Shown piece by piece: positions 1 to 8,088 of a stretch of DNA of 36,580 nt. The DNA comes from Actinomycetes bacterium (GTDB lineage Bacteria > Actinomycetota > Acidimicrobiia > Acidimicrobiales > Bog-793). A program made the translations under genes and the position numbers. Numbering within the stretch: position 1 is the first letter of the stretch; each line of letters starts with the position of its first letter. The DNA lies in NCBI GenBank assembly GCA_021821585.1, contig JAKACF010000001.1, positions 1 through 36,580 on the forward strand, given 5' to 3'. The notes below the pieces were generated by a model. That model did not search any database. It had not been told where the DNA came from and saw nothing but the letters and a program-made list of their open reading frames with translations.

Positions 1-272
1 AGGCGGGCACGGGGGACCGAGCCGCCGACGAGCCCGGTGTTGCCGCCCTGGGGGATGACCGCCGCCCCGTGGCGGGCCGCCACCTCGAGCACCCCGGCCA
101 CCTCGGCGGCGTCAACCGGGCGTAGCACGGCGAGGGCCGTCCCGCTGTAGCGCCCCGTCCAGTCCGTGGTGTAGGAGGCGAGAAGGTCCTCCCCGGTGAG
201 GAGGTGGGCGGGCCCGACGACCTCCTGCAGGTCGCCGAGCAGCCCGGAGGGACCGGACGGGGGCGTGCTCAC
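1..272 (-). CDS. FAD-binding (PCMH-type) oxidoreductase, GlcD/D-lactate dehydrogenase-like. Only the N-terminal ~90 aa are present; the gene runs off the window.
   Basis: Not in the ORF track. Reverse translation from GTG (272-270) reads VSTPPSGPSGLLGDLQEVVGPAHLLTGEDLLASYTTDWTGRYSGTALAVLRPVDAAEVAGVLEVAARHGAAVIPQGGNTGLVGGSVP. This is the typical N-terminal FAD-binding pattern (PQGGNTGLVGGS). The GTG overlaps the upstream gene's TGA (GTGA at 269-272). Confidence 0.6.
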   Translation of the reverse strand, partial: MSTPPSGPSGLLGDLQEVVGPAHLLTGEDLLASYTTDWTGRYSGTALAVLRPVDAAEVAGVLEVAARHGAAVIPQGGNTGLVGGSVPRAR

Positions 273-1180
273 CCCTCGCCGGTCGGCAGCTCGATCGTGC
301 CCTCTCCGATCACGCGCACGGCACCGGCGACGGCCACCTTGTGGCCGACCACCCGGCCGTAGAGCCGGCTCGGCGAGCCGATCTCCTCGCCCTGGGAGAC
401 GGCGATCGCCCGCCTCCCGAGCCGGTCGCTCGCGTAGGCCATGAGCGGGCCGGCCGCCGAGCCCGTGGCGGCATCCTCTCCTCCGGCCACCTTTCCGGTG
501 AAGCAGCGCGCTCGCCACTCGTCACCGCCGAGCGCCACCACGACGTAGCAGGTCACCGGCCGGCCCGGCATCGACTCGAGCGCCCGCCCGAGCGCCGCCA
601 GGTCGACCGCCACCCGGGCGAGGGTGCCGAGACCGGTCACCGGCAGGACGAGGGTGGCAAGGCCGGTCGAGACGACGGCGGCCGGCAGGTCCCGGCGGGC
701 GTCGTCCGGCCCGAGGCCGAGCGCTGCCAGCACGGCCCTCGGGTCCGGTTCGCCCAGGTCCACCGGCGGGTTCTGGACGAGCTCGACACGCCCGGACGAG
801 CCCTCGGTGTCGAGCTCGACGGCGAGCTCCTGGGTGCCGGCGCCCGTCTGTTGGACGAGGCGGGCGGTCGTCCTCCCCGCCGCCCGGGCGAAGGCGGCCG
901 CCGCCCCGAGGGAGGGGTGGCCGGCGAAGGGGATCTCGCCTGCGACGGTGAAGATCCTGTGGCGGTAGTCGCCGTCCCCCGTGCCGGGGCGCGTCAGGAA
1001 GCTCGTCTCCGACAGCCGCATCCGTGCCGAGAAGCGGGCCATCGTCTCGGTCGAGAGCGCGTCGGCGTCGTGCAGCACGGCGTGCAGGTTCCCGCCGAGC
1101 GGCGCCTCGGCGAAGACCTCGAGGAGCGTGAGGCCGAAGCGGTCGGTCGGGGGCCGGTCCGCCGGCGTCGGCGTCGTCAT
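269..1180 (-). CDS. PhzF-family (phenazine biosynthesis-like) isomerase
   Basis: ORF 269..1285, trimmed to the ATG at 1180 (MTTPTPADR...). Family-like segments: FAEAPLGGNLHAVL, SETSFL, IFTVAGEIPFAGHPSLG, ARCFTGKVAGGEDAATGSAAGPL. The extension upstream of 1180 would run into the end of the MscS gene. Confidence 0.8.
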   Translation of the reverse strand: MTTPTPADRPPTDRFGLTLLEVFAEAPLGGNLHAVLHDADALSTETMARFSARMRLSETSFLTRPGTGDGDYRHRIFTVAGEIPFAGHPSLGAAAAFARAAGRTTARLVQQTGAGTQELAVELDTEGSSGRVELVQNPPVDLGEPDPRAVLAALGLGPDDARRDLPAAVVSTGLATLVLPVTGLGTLARVAVDLAALGRALESMPGRPVTCYVVVALGGDEWRARCFTGKVAGGEDAATGSAAGPLMAYASDRLGRRAIAVSQGEEIGSPSRLYGRVVGHKVAVAGAVRVIGEGTIELPTGEG

Positions 1181-1232
1181 GAGGGCACGGTAGCCGTCAG
1201 CCCCCTCGCCATCGCGCTGCACCGCCGCACCC

Positions 1233-2156
1233 TCAGCCCGGCTCGGGACCCGGTTCTCTCGGCTCGGCGGCGGCGCCGTCACCACCGGCGGCCCGCTGGC
1301 CCCGCGTCCGGCGGATGATCTCGCGCGGCCGGCGCTTCACCACCTCGCGGTGGGCGGCCCGCGCCTGGCGGTCGGACCGCCGTGGGCTCGGGGGCGCCGG
1401 CCGGGTGGCAGCGGCCCGGGGAGGGCGCTTGGGGAGCGCCCGGTCGACATAGAGCGCCTTCGTCTCCTGGTTGCGCGGCGGCTCGGGCGCAGGTCCGACG
1501 GCGGCGGCGAGGATGCCGAGGTTCGGCACCTTGAGGAGTCCGTCGTCGGTCATGAGCTCGACGTAGGTGAGGCCCATCGCCCTCACCTCGGCGTCGAAGA
1601 TCCCGCCGAAGGAACCCGAGCGGATCCGGATGCGCTGGCCGATGCTGAAGGGTCGGGCCACCATGAGCACGATGCCGGCGAAGACGTTGCCGAGGCTCTG
1701 CTGGGCGGCGAGGCCGAAGATGACGCCGGTGATCCCCGCCGCCGCCAGGAGCTTGGTGGCGTCGACGCCGAGCAGCGCGATCGTCACGAGGACCACGACG
1801 AGGAGGCCGGCGATCGTGAAGATGAGCCGGATGGCGTTGGCGGCGGTCGGGCCGGCCCCGATGTGGACGAGCCTCGCGAGCTGCGTGGCGAACCTCCGGA
1901 CGGCGATACTTCCGAAGATGAGGAAGGCAGCGGAGGTGCCGAGCGCCCACAGCCGGGCGTTCAGGTGGGCGGAGCTCGACAGGTCGCCGTGCTTCACGTG
2001 CTCGAGGACGATGGCGGCGATGGCGATGGCGGCCGAGAGGAGGGCGATCTTCCAGCGCGGCCGCGGGGGCAGGGGAACCTTGGACAGGGTCGGCAGCGCG
2101 GCAAGTGACCGCTGCTCGCGCGCCGCGCGCAGGTCCTTCCACAGTGGCCGGGCCAT
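1233..2156 (-). CDS. Mechanosensitive ion channel, MscS family, with an Arg/Pro-rich C-terminal tail
   Basis: Real start taken at MARPLWKDL (cat at 2154-2156) inside the long ORF 1233..2768. Three TM helices are followed by GVIFGLAAQQSLGNVFAGIVLMVARPFSIGQRIRI, the conserved MscS pore/beta-domain signature. Confidence 0.85.
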   Translation of the reverse strand: MARPLWKDLRAAREQRSLAALPTLSKVPLPPRPRWKIALLSAAIAIAAIVLEHVKHGDLSSSAHLNARLWALGTSAAFLIFGSIAVRRFATQLARLVHIGAGPTAANAIRLIFTIAGLLVVVLVTIALLGVDATKLLAAAGITGVIFGLAAQQSLGNVFAGIVLMVARPFSIGQRIRIRSGSFGGIFDAEVRAMGLTYVELMTDDGLLKVPNLGILAAAVGPAPEPPRNQETKALYVDRALPKRPPRAAATRPAPPSPRRSDRQARAAHREVVKRRPREIIRRTRGQRAAGGDGAAAEPREPGPEPG

Positions 2157-2183
2157 CCCACTGTTGTACCGCGCGGTCAGCAC

Positions 2184-2951
2184 ATGAGCGCCGACCTGGC
2201 GCTCCGGCGGCTCCGTCCCGAGATCTCCTGGCACCGCGGGGGCGCCGAGCTCGCCCCGGCGGCCAGCCTCGGCGCCTTCGCCCAGGCGGCCCGCCGCGGG
2301 GCCGAGTTCGTCGAGGTCGACCTCCGCCGGACCGGGGACGGCGCGCTCGTCTGCGTCCACGACGCCGACCTGCCCGGCCTCGGCGCCGTCTCGGAGCTCT
2401 CCTGGTCCTCCCCGGCCGTGCGGCGCGCCGCCGCCGGCCGGGTCTTCGAGCTCGGGCAGTTCCTCGACGTGCTCGACGAGGAGGATCCCGGCCGGCGAAG
2501 CGGCATCCACCTCGACCTGAAGGAGGTCGGCTTCGAGGGCGAGGCGGTGGACGCCGTCCTCGGGCGTGCTCGCCGGCTGTTCGTCACGAGCTCCGAGGAG
2601 GCCTCCGTCTCGGCCGTGCGGGCCGCCCGTCCCGAGGTGGCGGCCCTTCTCACCCTCGGCCGGGACGGGCGCGGCCTTCGACCGGCGGAGCTCGCCCGCC
2701 TGAGGGCGGGCGAGCTCGTGCCGTTCTCGCGCGTGGAGCGCTCGGGGGCGACCGGCGTCGCCGTCCACTACCTGCTCGCCACGCCGGCGCTGCGTGCCGT
2801 CTGCCGGCTGCGGGGCCTCACCGTCGTGGTCTGGACGGTCGACGGCGACCGGCAGCTCGCCCGCTGGCTCGGGCGGCGGTACGTCGACGTGGTCGTCACC
2901 GACCGACCGCTGGCGGCCACGGCGCTGCGGGACCGGGCGGTCGCCCGGTGA
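2184..2951 (+). CDS. Glycerophosphodiester phosphodiesterase (GDPD) family protein
   Basis: ORF 2184..2951. Motifs: ISWHRGG, AEFVEVDLRRTGDGALVCVHD, VVVWTVD. Confidence 0.75.
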   Translation: MSADLALRRLRPEISWHRGGAELAPAASLGAFAQAARRGAEFVEVDLRRTGDGALVCVHDADLPGLGAVSELSWSSPAVRRAAAGRVFELGQFLDVLDEEDPGRRSGIHLDLKEVGFEGEAVDAVLGRARRLFVTSSEEASVSAVRAARPEVAALLTLGRDGRGLRPAELARLRAGELVPFSRVERSGATGVAVHYLLATPALRAVCRLRGLTVVVWTVDGDRQLARWLGRRYVDVVVTDRPLAATALRDRAVAR

Positions 2952-3577
2952 TCGTCGGGCTCGAGGTCGGCCGGCGCCGGGTCTTCGCCGCCGCGCTCGC
3001 GTGGCCCGGCTGGTGCCGCTCCGGGCGGGACGGGGAGGCGGCCCTCGCCGCCCTCGCCGCCTACGAGGCCCGCTACGCCGCCGTGGCGGCGCTCGCCGGG
3101 GTGAGCGTCGGCCACGACGAGGTCATGGAGGTGGTCGAGGAGGTCGCAGGCAACGCCACGACCGACTTCGGGGCGCCCGCCGCCGTCTTCGCCTACGACC
3201 GCGAGCCGGTCCCCCCTGCCGAGCGGGCGCGGACCGCCGCCCTCGTCCGGGCCGGCTACGAGTACTTCGACGACGTCATCGCCTCGTCTCCCGAGCTGCT
3301 CCGCAAGGGGCCGCGGGGCGGTGGCCGCGACCGCGACGCCGTCGCCGCCCACGTGCTCGCCGCCGACGGGGCCTACGGGCGCAAGCTCGGGCTGCCGAGC
3401 CCGGGGACCGGCCCTCAGGAGGTGAGGGCGCACCGGGAGGCGGTGGTGGGGCTCTTCGCCTCGGCCACGGGAGGAGCGTCGCCGCCCCGGGGCCGGTGGC
3501 CCCCTCGCTACGGGGCGAGGCGGATCCTCTGGCACCTCCTCGACCACGCCTTCGAGGTGGAGGACCGTCGCGGCTGA
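2948..3577 (+). CDS. Conserved hypothetical protein, possibly with a DinB-like C-terminal region
   Basis: GTG at 2948 overlaps the GDPD stop (GTGA). Third-position GC is very high (near 95%) from VIVGLEVGRRRVF... to ...RRILWHLLDHAFEVEDRRG. I cannot name a family with confidence. Confidence 0.6.
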   Translation: MIVGLEVGRRRVFAAALAWPGWCRSGRDGEAALAALAAYEARYAAVAALAGVSVGHDEVMEVVEEVAGNATTDFGAPAAVFAYDREPVPPAERARTAALVRAGYEYFDDVIASSPELLRKGPRGGGRDRDAVAAHVLAADGAYGRKLGLPSPGTGPQEVRAHREAVVGLFASATGGASPPRGRWPPRYGARRILWHLLDHAFEVEDRRG

Positions 3578-3596
3578 GCCGACCCCGCTCGCTACG

Positions 3597-4805
3597 ATGC
3601 CCGCGGTGGACACCGCCTGGAGCATCGAGCGGGCGAGGGCGCTCGACGACGAGGACGCGCTCGGCGGGATCCGCCACCGCTTCCTCCGGCCCGACGGCCT
3701 CGTCTACCTCGACGGCAACTCCCTCGGCATGCTGCCCACCGGCGTGCCGGAGGCCACGCGCCGGGTCGTCGAGGAGGAGTGGGGGAGGGCGCTCATCTCC
3801 GGCTGGACGGAGTGCGGGTGGATGGAGGCGCCCGAGCGCCTCGGAGACCGCATCGCACCGATCATCGGAGCCGGCCCCGGGGAGGTGCTCGTCGCCGACA
3901 CGACCTCGGTGGCCCTCGCCAAGCTGGTCGGCGCCGCCCTCGCCGCCCGGCGGGATCGCCGGGTGGTGCTGACGAGTGCCGACAACTTCCCGAGCGACCT
4001 CTACGCGGCGGCGGGTGCCGCCCGGTTGCAGGGCGCCGAGCTGAGGGTGGTCGACCGCTCCGAGCTGCCGGCGGCGCTCGACGAGGACGTGGCCGTCTGC
4101 TGCCTCACCCAGGTCGACTTCCGCACGGGCGAGCTGCACGACCTCCCCGGTCTCACGGCGGCGGCGCACGAGGTCGGCGCGCTCGCGCTGTTCGACCTGT
4201 GCCATTCGGCCGGCGCGCTCCCCGTCGGCCTCGGCGAGCACGGGGTCGACCTCGCGGTCGGCTGCACCTACAAGTACCTGAACGGGGGACCCGGCTCCCC
4301 GAGCTTCCTCTACGTGCGAGAGGGCCTGCAGGGCGAGCTCGAGAACCCGCTCCCGGGCTGGCTCGGCCACGAGACGCCCTTCGACTTCGACCGACGGTGG
4401 CGCCCGGCCGAGGGGATCCGCCGCTTCCTCACCTCCACCCCTCCGATCCTCGCCCTGACGGCGCTCGACGCCGCCCTCGACGCCTTCGAGGGCGTCTCGA
4501 TCGACACCGTGCGGGCCAAGTCCGAACGGCTCGGCCAGCTGTTCATCGAGGTGATCGACGACCTCGGGCCTGCGTCGCTCACCGTCGCCTCCCCGCGCGA
4601 GGCGGCCAGGCGGGGCTCACAGGTCTCCCTCGAGCACCCGAGGGCCGGCGAGGTGGTGGCCGCAGCCGCCGACAAGGGGGTTGTCGGCGACTTCCGTTCG
4701 CCCGGGTTGTGCCGCTTCGGCTTCGCACCGCTCTACCTGTCCTACGCCGAGGTCTTCCAGGCGGCCGAGCTCGTCTCGGCAGCCGCCACCTCGCTGTCGG
4801 ACTGA
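3597..4805 (+). CDS. kynU: Kynureninase
   Basis: ORF 3597..4805. Motifs: YLDGNSLG, FDLCHSAGA, and the PLP-lysine region VGCTYKYLNGGPGSPSFLYV typical of kynureninase. An alternative leaderless GTG start at 3606 lies 7 nt after a TACGAT -10-like hexamer. Confidence 0.85.
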   Translation: MPAVDTAWSIERARALDDEDALGGIRHRFLRPDGLVYLDGNSLGMLPTGVPEATRRVVEEEWGRALISGWTECGWMEAPERLGDRIAPIIGAGPGEVLVADTTSVALAKLVGAALAARRDRRVVLTSADNFPSDLYAAAGAARLQGAELRVVDRSELPAALDEDVAVCCLTQVDFRTGELHDLPGLTAAAHEVGALALFDLCHSAGALPVGLGEHGVDLAVGCTYKYLNGGPGSPSFLYVREGLQGELENPLPGWLGHETPFDFDRRWRPAEGIRRFLTSTPPILALTALDAALDAFEGVSIDTVRAKSERLGQLFIEVIDDLGPASLTVASPREAARRGSQVSLEHPRAGEVVAAAADKGVVGDFRSPGLCRFGFAPLYLSYAEVFQAAELVSAAATSLSD

Positions 4806-4811
4806 GGCCGC

Positions 4812-5204
4812 TCAGCCGGAGAGGCGCTGGTCCGGGACGACCCTCACGATGACCCGGACCTCGCCGGGCGTCGAGGGCGGCCGGGCGTCGGGTCCCTCGT
4901 ACTTGTGCCAGAGGCGGGCGTTGTGCTCGTCCGCCCCCTCGTCGACGAGCTCGGCCCGTCCACGGACCGCCAGCCACCGGTCCGGGTCGGCGCGGTCCAC
5001 GACGAGCAGCGAGACACGGTCGTCCCGAAGGAGGTTGCGGTGCTTCACCCGCCCCTTCGCGGTGTTGACGAGGAGCGCCGTCCCGTCGGTGTCGACCCAC
5101 GTCGGGGTGAGCTGCACCGAGCCGTCCGGGTTCAGCGTGGCCATGGCGGCGATCTGGGGCTCCTCGAGCAGTCGTCGGTCGTCGTCGGTGAGAGGGGCGG
5201 CCAC
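4812..5204 (-). CDS. PPOX-class (pyridoxamine 5'-phosphate oxidase-like), probably F420-dependent, oxidoreductase
   Basis: Start set at GTG 5204, preceded by AAAGGAG with 5-nt spacing. Sequence: VAAPLTDDDRRLLEEPQIAAMATLNPDGSVQLTPTWVDTDGTALLVNTAKGRVKHRNLLRDDRVSLLVVD...WLAVRGRAELV. Confidence 0.75.
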   Translation of the reverse strand: MAAPLTDDDRRLLEEPQIAAMATLNPDGSVQLTPTWVDTDGTALLVNTAKGRVKHRNLLRDDRVSLLVVDRADPDRWLAVRGRAELVDEGADEHNARLWHKYEGPDARPPSTPGEVRVIVRVVPDQRLSG

Positions 5205-5277
5205 GGAGGCTCCTTTGCGGCTCGGGCGGTCGCCGCCACGGTACCTGGGCCGGCGCGACCTCCCTAGCATCGCGGCC

Positions 5278-5724
5278 ATGCCACTCGAAGGAGAGTACGA
5301 ACCGAGCCCGGCGCAGTGGGTACGGGAGCAGGTCGAGGAGTACGAGCGCTCCGGCGGCACCCGGGCCAACACCCTCGGTGACACCGGGCTGCCCATCGTC
5401 ATCGTGACGACGCGGGGGCATCGAAGCGGCAGGATCCGCAAGAGCCCCGTCATGCGGGTCGAGCACGACGGCGAGTACGCCATCGTCGCCTCGAAGGGCG
5501 GGGCCCCCGAGCACCCGCAGTGGTACGACAACCTGCGCGCCGACCCGAAGGCGGTCATGATCCAGGACGGCCCGGAGCCTTTCGAGGTCGAGGTCCGCGA
5601 GCTCGAGGGCGACGAGCGCGAGCTGTGGTGGCGGCGGGCGGTCGCCGCCTACCCGCCGTATGCCGAGTACCAGGAGAAGACCGACCGTGTGATCCCCGTC
5701 CTGCTCGCCACCCGGCGGGACTGA
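5278..5724 (+). CDS. Deazaflavin (F420)-dependent nitroreductase family protein (Ddn-like)
   Basis: ATG 5278 inside ORF 4681..5724. Sequence: PIVIVTTRGHRSGRIRKSPVMRVEHDGEYAIVASKGGAPEHPQWYDNLRADP...WWRRAVAAYPPYAEYQEKTDRVIPV. This is the characteristic family pattern. Confidence 0.85.
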   Translation: MPLEGEYEPSPAQWVREQVEEYERSGGTRANTLGDTGLPIVIVTTRGHRSGRIRKSPVMRVEHDGEYAIVASKGGAPEHPQWYDNLRADPKAVMIQDGPEPFEVEVRELEGDERELWWRRAVAAYPPYAEYQEKTDRVIPVLLATRRD

Positions 5725-5730
5725 GGCGCC

Positions 5731-6672
5731 TCAGCGGGCGAAGCTCAGACCGAGGTAGACGCCGTAGGCGAGGACGAGCAGCATGCCGGCGCCTCGGACG
5801 GCCATGTCGGGGAGGCGGCGCAGGCCGAGCAGGACGAGCGGCAGTCCGGCGGCCAGCCAGGCGGCGCCGTCGAGCCCTGAGGTGGCGAGCGGGTGGACGA
5901 GCGTGGCGACGCCGAGCGTGGCGGTCGCGTTGTAGAGCACCGATCCGAGCAGCCCGGCGAGCGCGAGCTCGCCGAGGTCCCTGCGGAAGGCGGCCCAGAC
6001 GAGGGCGAACAGCTCGGCCGTCGTGGCGAGAGCCACGAGCGTGGAACCGACGACCGACTCGGAGAGACCGAGAGAGTGGACGAGCCGGTCGGCGCCGCTC
6101 ACCGCCAAGAATCCCCCCGCGGCCATCGCCACCAGGCCGGCCGCCACGGCGAGCGGTGCCAGGCTGCCGGCTCGCGTCCTCTCCTCGCCGTCGTCCTCCT
6201 CCTCCTCGAGCTCGGCCACCTCCCCGATCGCCGGCGGCCGCCGTTCCCTCCGCCAGATGGCGAGCACGGCGAGGAGGTAGGCGGCGACGAGGCCGGCGCC
6301 GGCCGGCCGGGTGAGCTCGCCGCCGAGGAGAGCACCGGCCGCCGCCGCCCCGGCGCCGGCCGCCGCCAGGGCGTACGGGACAGCCGGACGCCGGAGGGTG
6401 CCCGGACGGGCCACGAGGATGAGCCCGAGAACGACCGTGAGCATCGTGACGTTGGAGCCGATGGCGTCACCGGCGGCGACGCCGGGCAGGTGCCGGGCCG
6501 AGGCGACGATCCCGGTGACGAGCTCCTCCGGCTCCGCACCGGCGAGCAGCAGGCCGACGGCGAGCGTCGTGAGGCCGAAGCGCCTGGCGGCGGCACCGGC
6601 GTGCTCGGCGAAGAGCTCCGACCCGGCGCCGAGGAGGACTCCGGCGGCGACGAGGAGCCCGAGGCCGATCAC
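5731..6672 (-). CDS. Sodium/calcium exchanger (CaCA, YrbG-like) membrane protein
   Basis: ORF 5731..6879. Two alpha-repeat-like regions (GAEPEELVTGIVA...GDAIGSNV and LVALATTAELFALV...GSVLYN) are separated by an acidic loop (EEEEDDGEE). Start is uncertain: GTG 6672 gives the compact protein, but ATG 6756 or ATG 6879 are also possible, and the 6879 extension keeps high third-position GC. Confidence 0.7.
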   Translation of the reverse strand: MIGLGLLVAAGVLLGAGSELFAEHAGAAARRFGLTTLAVGLLLAGAEPEELVTGIVASARHLPGVAAGDAIGSNVTMLTVVLGLILVARPGTLRRPAVPYALAAAGAGAAAAGALLGGELTRPAGAGLVAAYLLAVLAIWRRERRPPAIGEVAELEEEEDDGEERTRAGSLAPLAVAAGLVAMAAGGFLAVSGADRLVHSLGLSESVVGSTLVALATTAELFALVWAAFRRDLGELALAGLLGSVLYNATATLGVATLVHPLATSGLDGAAWLAAGLPLVLLGLRRLPDMAVRGAGMLLVLAYGVYLGLSFAR

Positions 6673-7069
6673 GGTCGCACCGTACCGGGCCTGTGGCTCG
6701 GGCGAGGAAGGGCTTCCGCCGTGGACAGGGGCGGGGTCGCGTGCTGGCCGCCACATGGAGGCCCGTTGGCGGTGTTCCCCGAGGCGCCTGCCGTCGCGCG
6801 GGCGGCCGGTGGGCGGTCGCAGCGGGGGGCACTGGGCGAGCGTGTGCCCTCGGCCCAGGGCCGCGCCGGCCGGCGCCACGTCTCGGCCTCGGCCGTGTTG
6901 CCGGGCTCTCCGGAGCCGGCCGCCGCACGAGGTTCGACGCCGCGGGGACAGCGGGCGAACCGCGCGGTGCCGTCACCCGGCGCGACGACACCCCGCTCCC
7001 GGGTATGACGGGAAGAGACCTCCTGAGCATGCCGACAGCGGCGCGGCGCCTCCGGGCCGGCGGCCGGCT

Positions 7070-7423
7070 CTAGTCGGGCAGGACGAGCCGGCCGGCGGCA
7101 TCCCGTCTGACGGCCACGACCTCGGTGACCGAGCTCGCAGGGAGGACTCCGTAGATGTGCGGGTACTGCTCACCGCCGGGTTCCGGAGCTTCGTACCGCA
7201 CGACGGCCGGCACTCGCTCGCTGTCGATGACGAGGACGACGAGGTCATCGGCGGCTGCGTCGCCATAGAGGAACTCGGCCACGGGGCGAAGCTGGTGACG
7301 AAGCGAGCAATGGATGAAGCCCTGTTCGGCAAGCGTCACCCCACGGGTCGACATCCGGTACTCGCCAGTCATCGCCGCTTCCAGCCAGGTGACCCGCTCG
7401 GTGATGTGAAGCAACTCGGCCAC
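7070..7423 (-). CDS. DUF952 family protein
   Basis: ORF 7070..7468. Motifs: LLHIT, EQGFIHCS, LVVLVID, YPHIYG. GTG 7423 is preferred over the ATG at 7468. Confidence 0.7.
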   Translation of the reverse strand: MAELLHITERVTWLEAAMTGEYRMSTRGVTLAEQGFIHCSLRHQLRPVAEFLYGDAAADDLVVLVIDSERVPAVVRYEAPEPGGEQYPHIYGVLPASSVTEVVAVRRDAAGRLVLPD

Positions 7424-7555
7424 GTGCCTACCCTGCCAGCAGGCCGGACCGCGTACCAGGGCGGACACAGATCCGCGTCCGAAGTCACCCCGGGGGCCTC
7501 TCCCAGGACGACGAACGGCCGAAGTCGGACGAAAGGCGAGTTCCGGAGGGCGAAC

Positions 7556-7912
7556 CTACGCCGACGCGGCCTCCGGCCGGACGATGTCGACGGAGACCTC
7601 CACCGCAAGGAGGGGGCCTCTGTTCTCGAGCCAGTGTGTGGTGTTCCGATCCTCCGGCCAGCCCACACCCGGCCCGTAGTCCGTGGCGGTCCCATCTCGG
7701 TGGTCGGTGATCGTTCCCTGCAGGACGTAGACGAGGCCTGGTCTGTCCCTGTGGTCGTGAAGAGGCCCGAGGACGGCTCCGGGCTCGAAGGTGAACATCC
7801 GCATCCGGAGCTGGCGACCTGCCATGCCTTCGATCTCGGGACCGAGGTCGACCGCTGCGAGCAGTTCCGCCGTCACACCGCGGGTCTCGGGTACCGCCTC
7901 TTCCTTGCTCAT
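7556..7912 (-). CDS. Cupin domain protein
   Basis: ATG 7912 (MSKEEAVPE...) at the C-terminal end of the artefactual 871-aa ORF. The cupin core is FEPGAVLGPLHDHRDRPGLVYVLQGTI...THWLENRG. Confidence 0.7.
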   Translation of the reverse strand: MSKEEAVPETRGVTAELLAAVDLGPEIEGMAGRQLRMRMFTFEPGAVLGPLHDHRDRPGLVYVLQGTITDHRDGTATDYGPGVGWPEDRNTTHWLENRGPLLAVEVSVDIVRPEAASA

Positions 7913-7973
7913 GGCGCGCTCGGTCGGGCGATGGCCGGCCCCGTCACCGAGGAGAACCCGGGTGCCACGCGGG

Positions 7974-7993
7974 CTCCCGCCCCGGGGCGGGAG
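7974..7993 (-). terminator. Perfect 20-nt palindrome CTCCCGCCCCGGGGCGGGAG, a candidate terminator hairpin downstream of cydC
   Basis: Read directly from the sequence. It lies about 95 nt after the cydC stop on the minus strand. There is no U-tract, as is common in high-GC actinobacteria. Confidence 0.4.
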
Positions 7994-8088
7994 GCCGGCC
8001 AGGCGGGGCGGACCGGCGTCGACGGTGCCTCGGGCGACAGCCAGGCGATCCCGGCACACGTCGGTCGAGGCGGCTGTTCCATCGTCGT

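Noticed and set aside
5520-7030. Multiple Arg-rich ORFs (5520..6314 +, 5893..7008 +, 6099..6596 -, 6467..7030 -) overlapping the CaCA gene.
   Set aside because: They are low-complexity RRRPG-type translations antisense to, or off-frame from, a gene with clear membrane-protein features.
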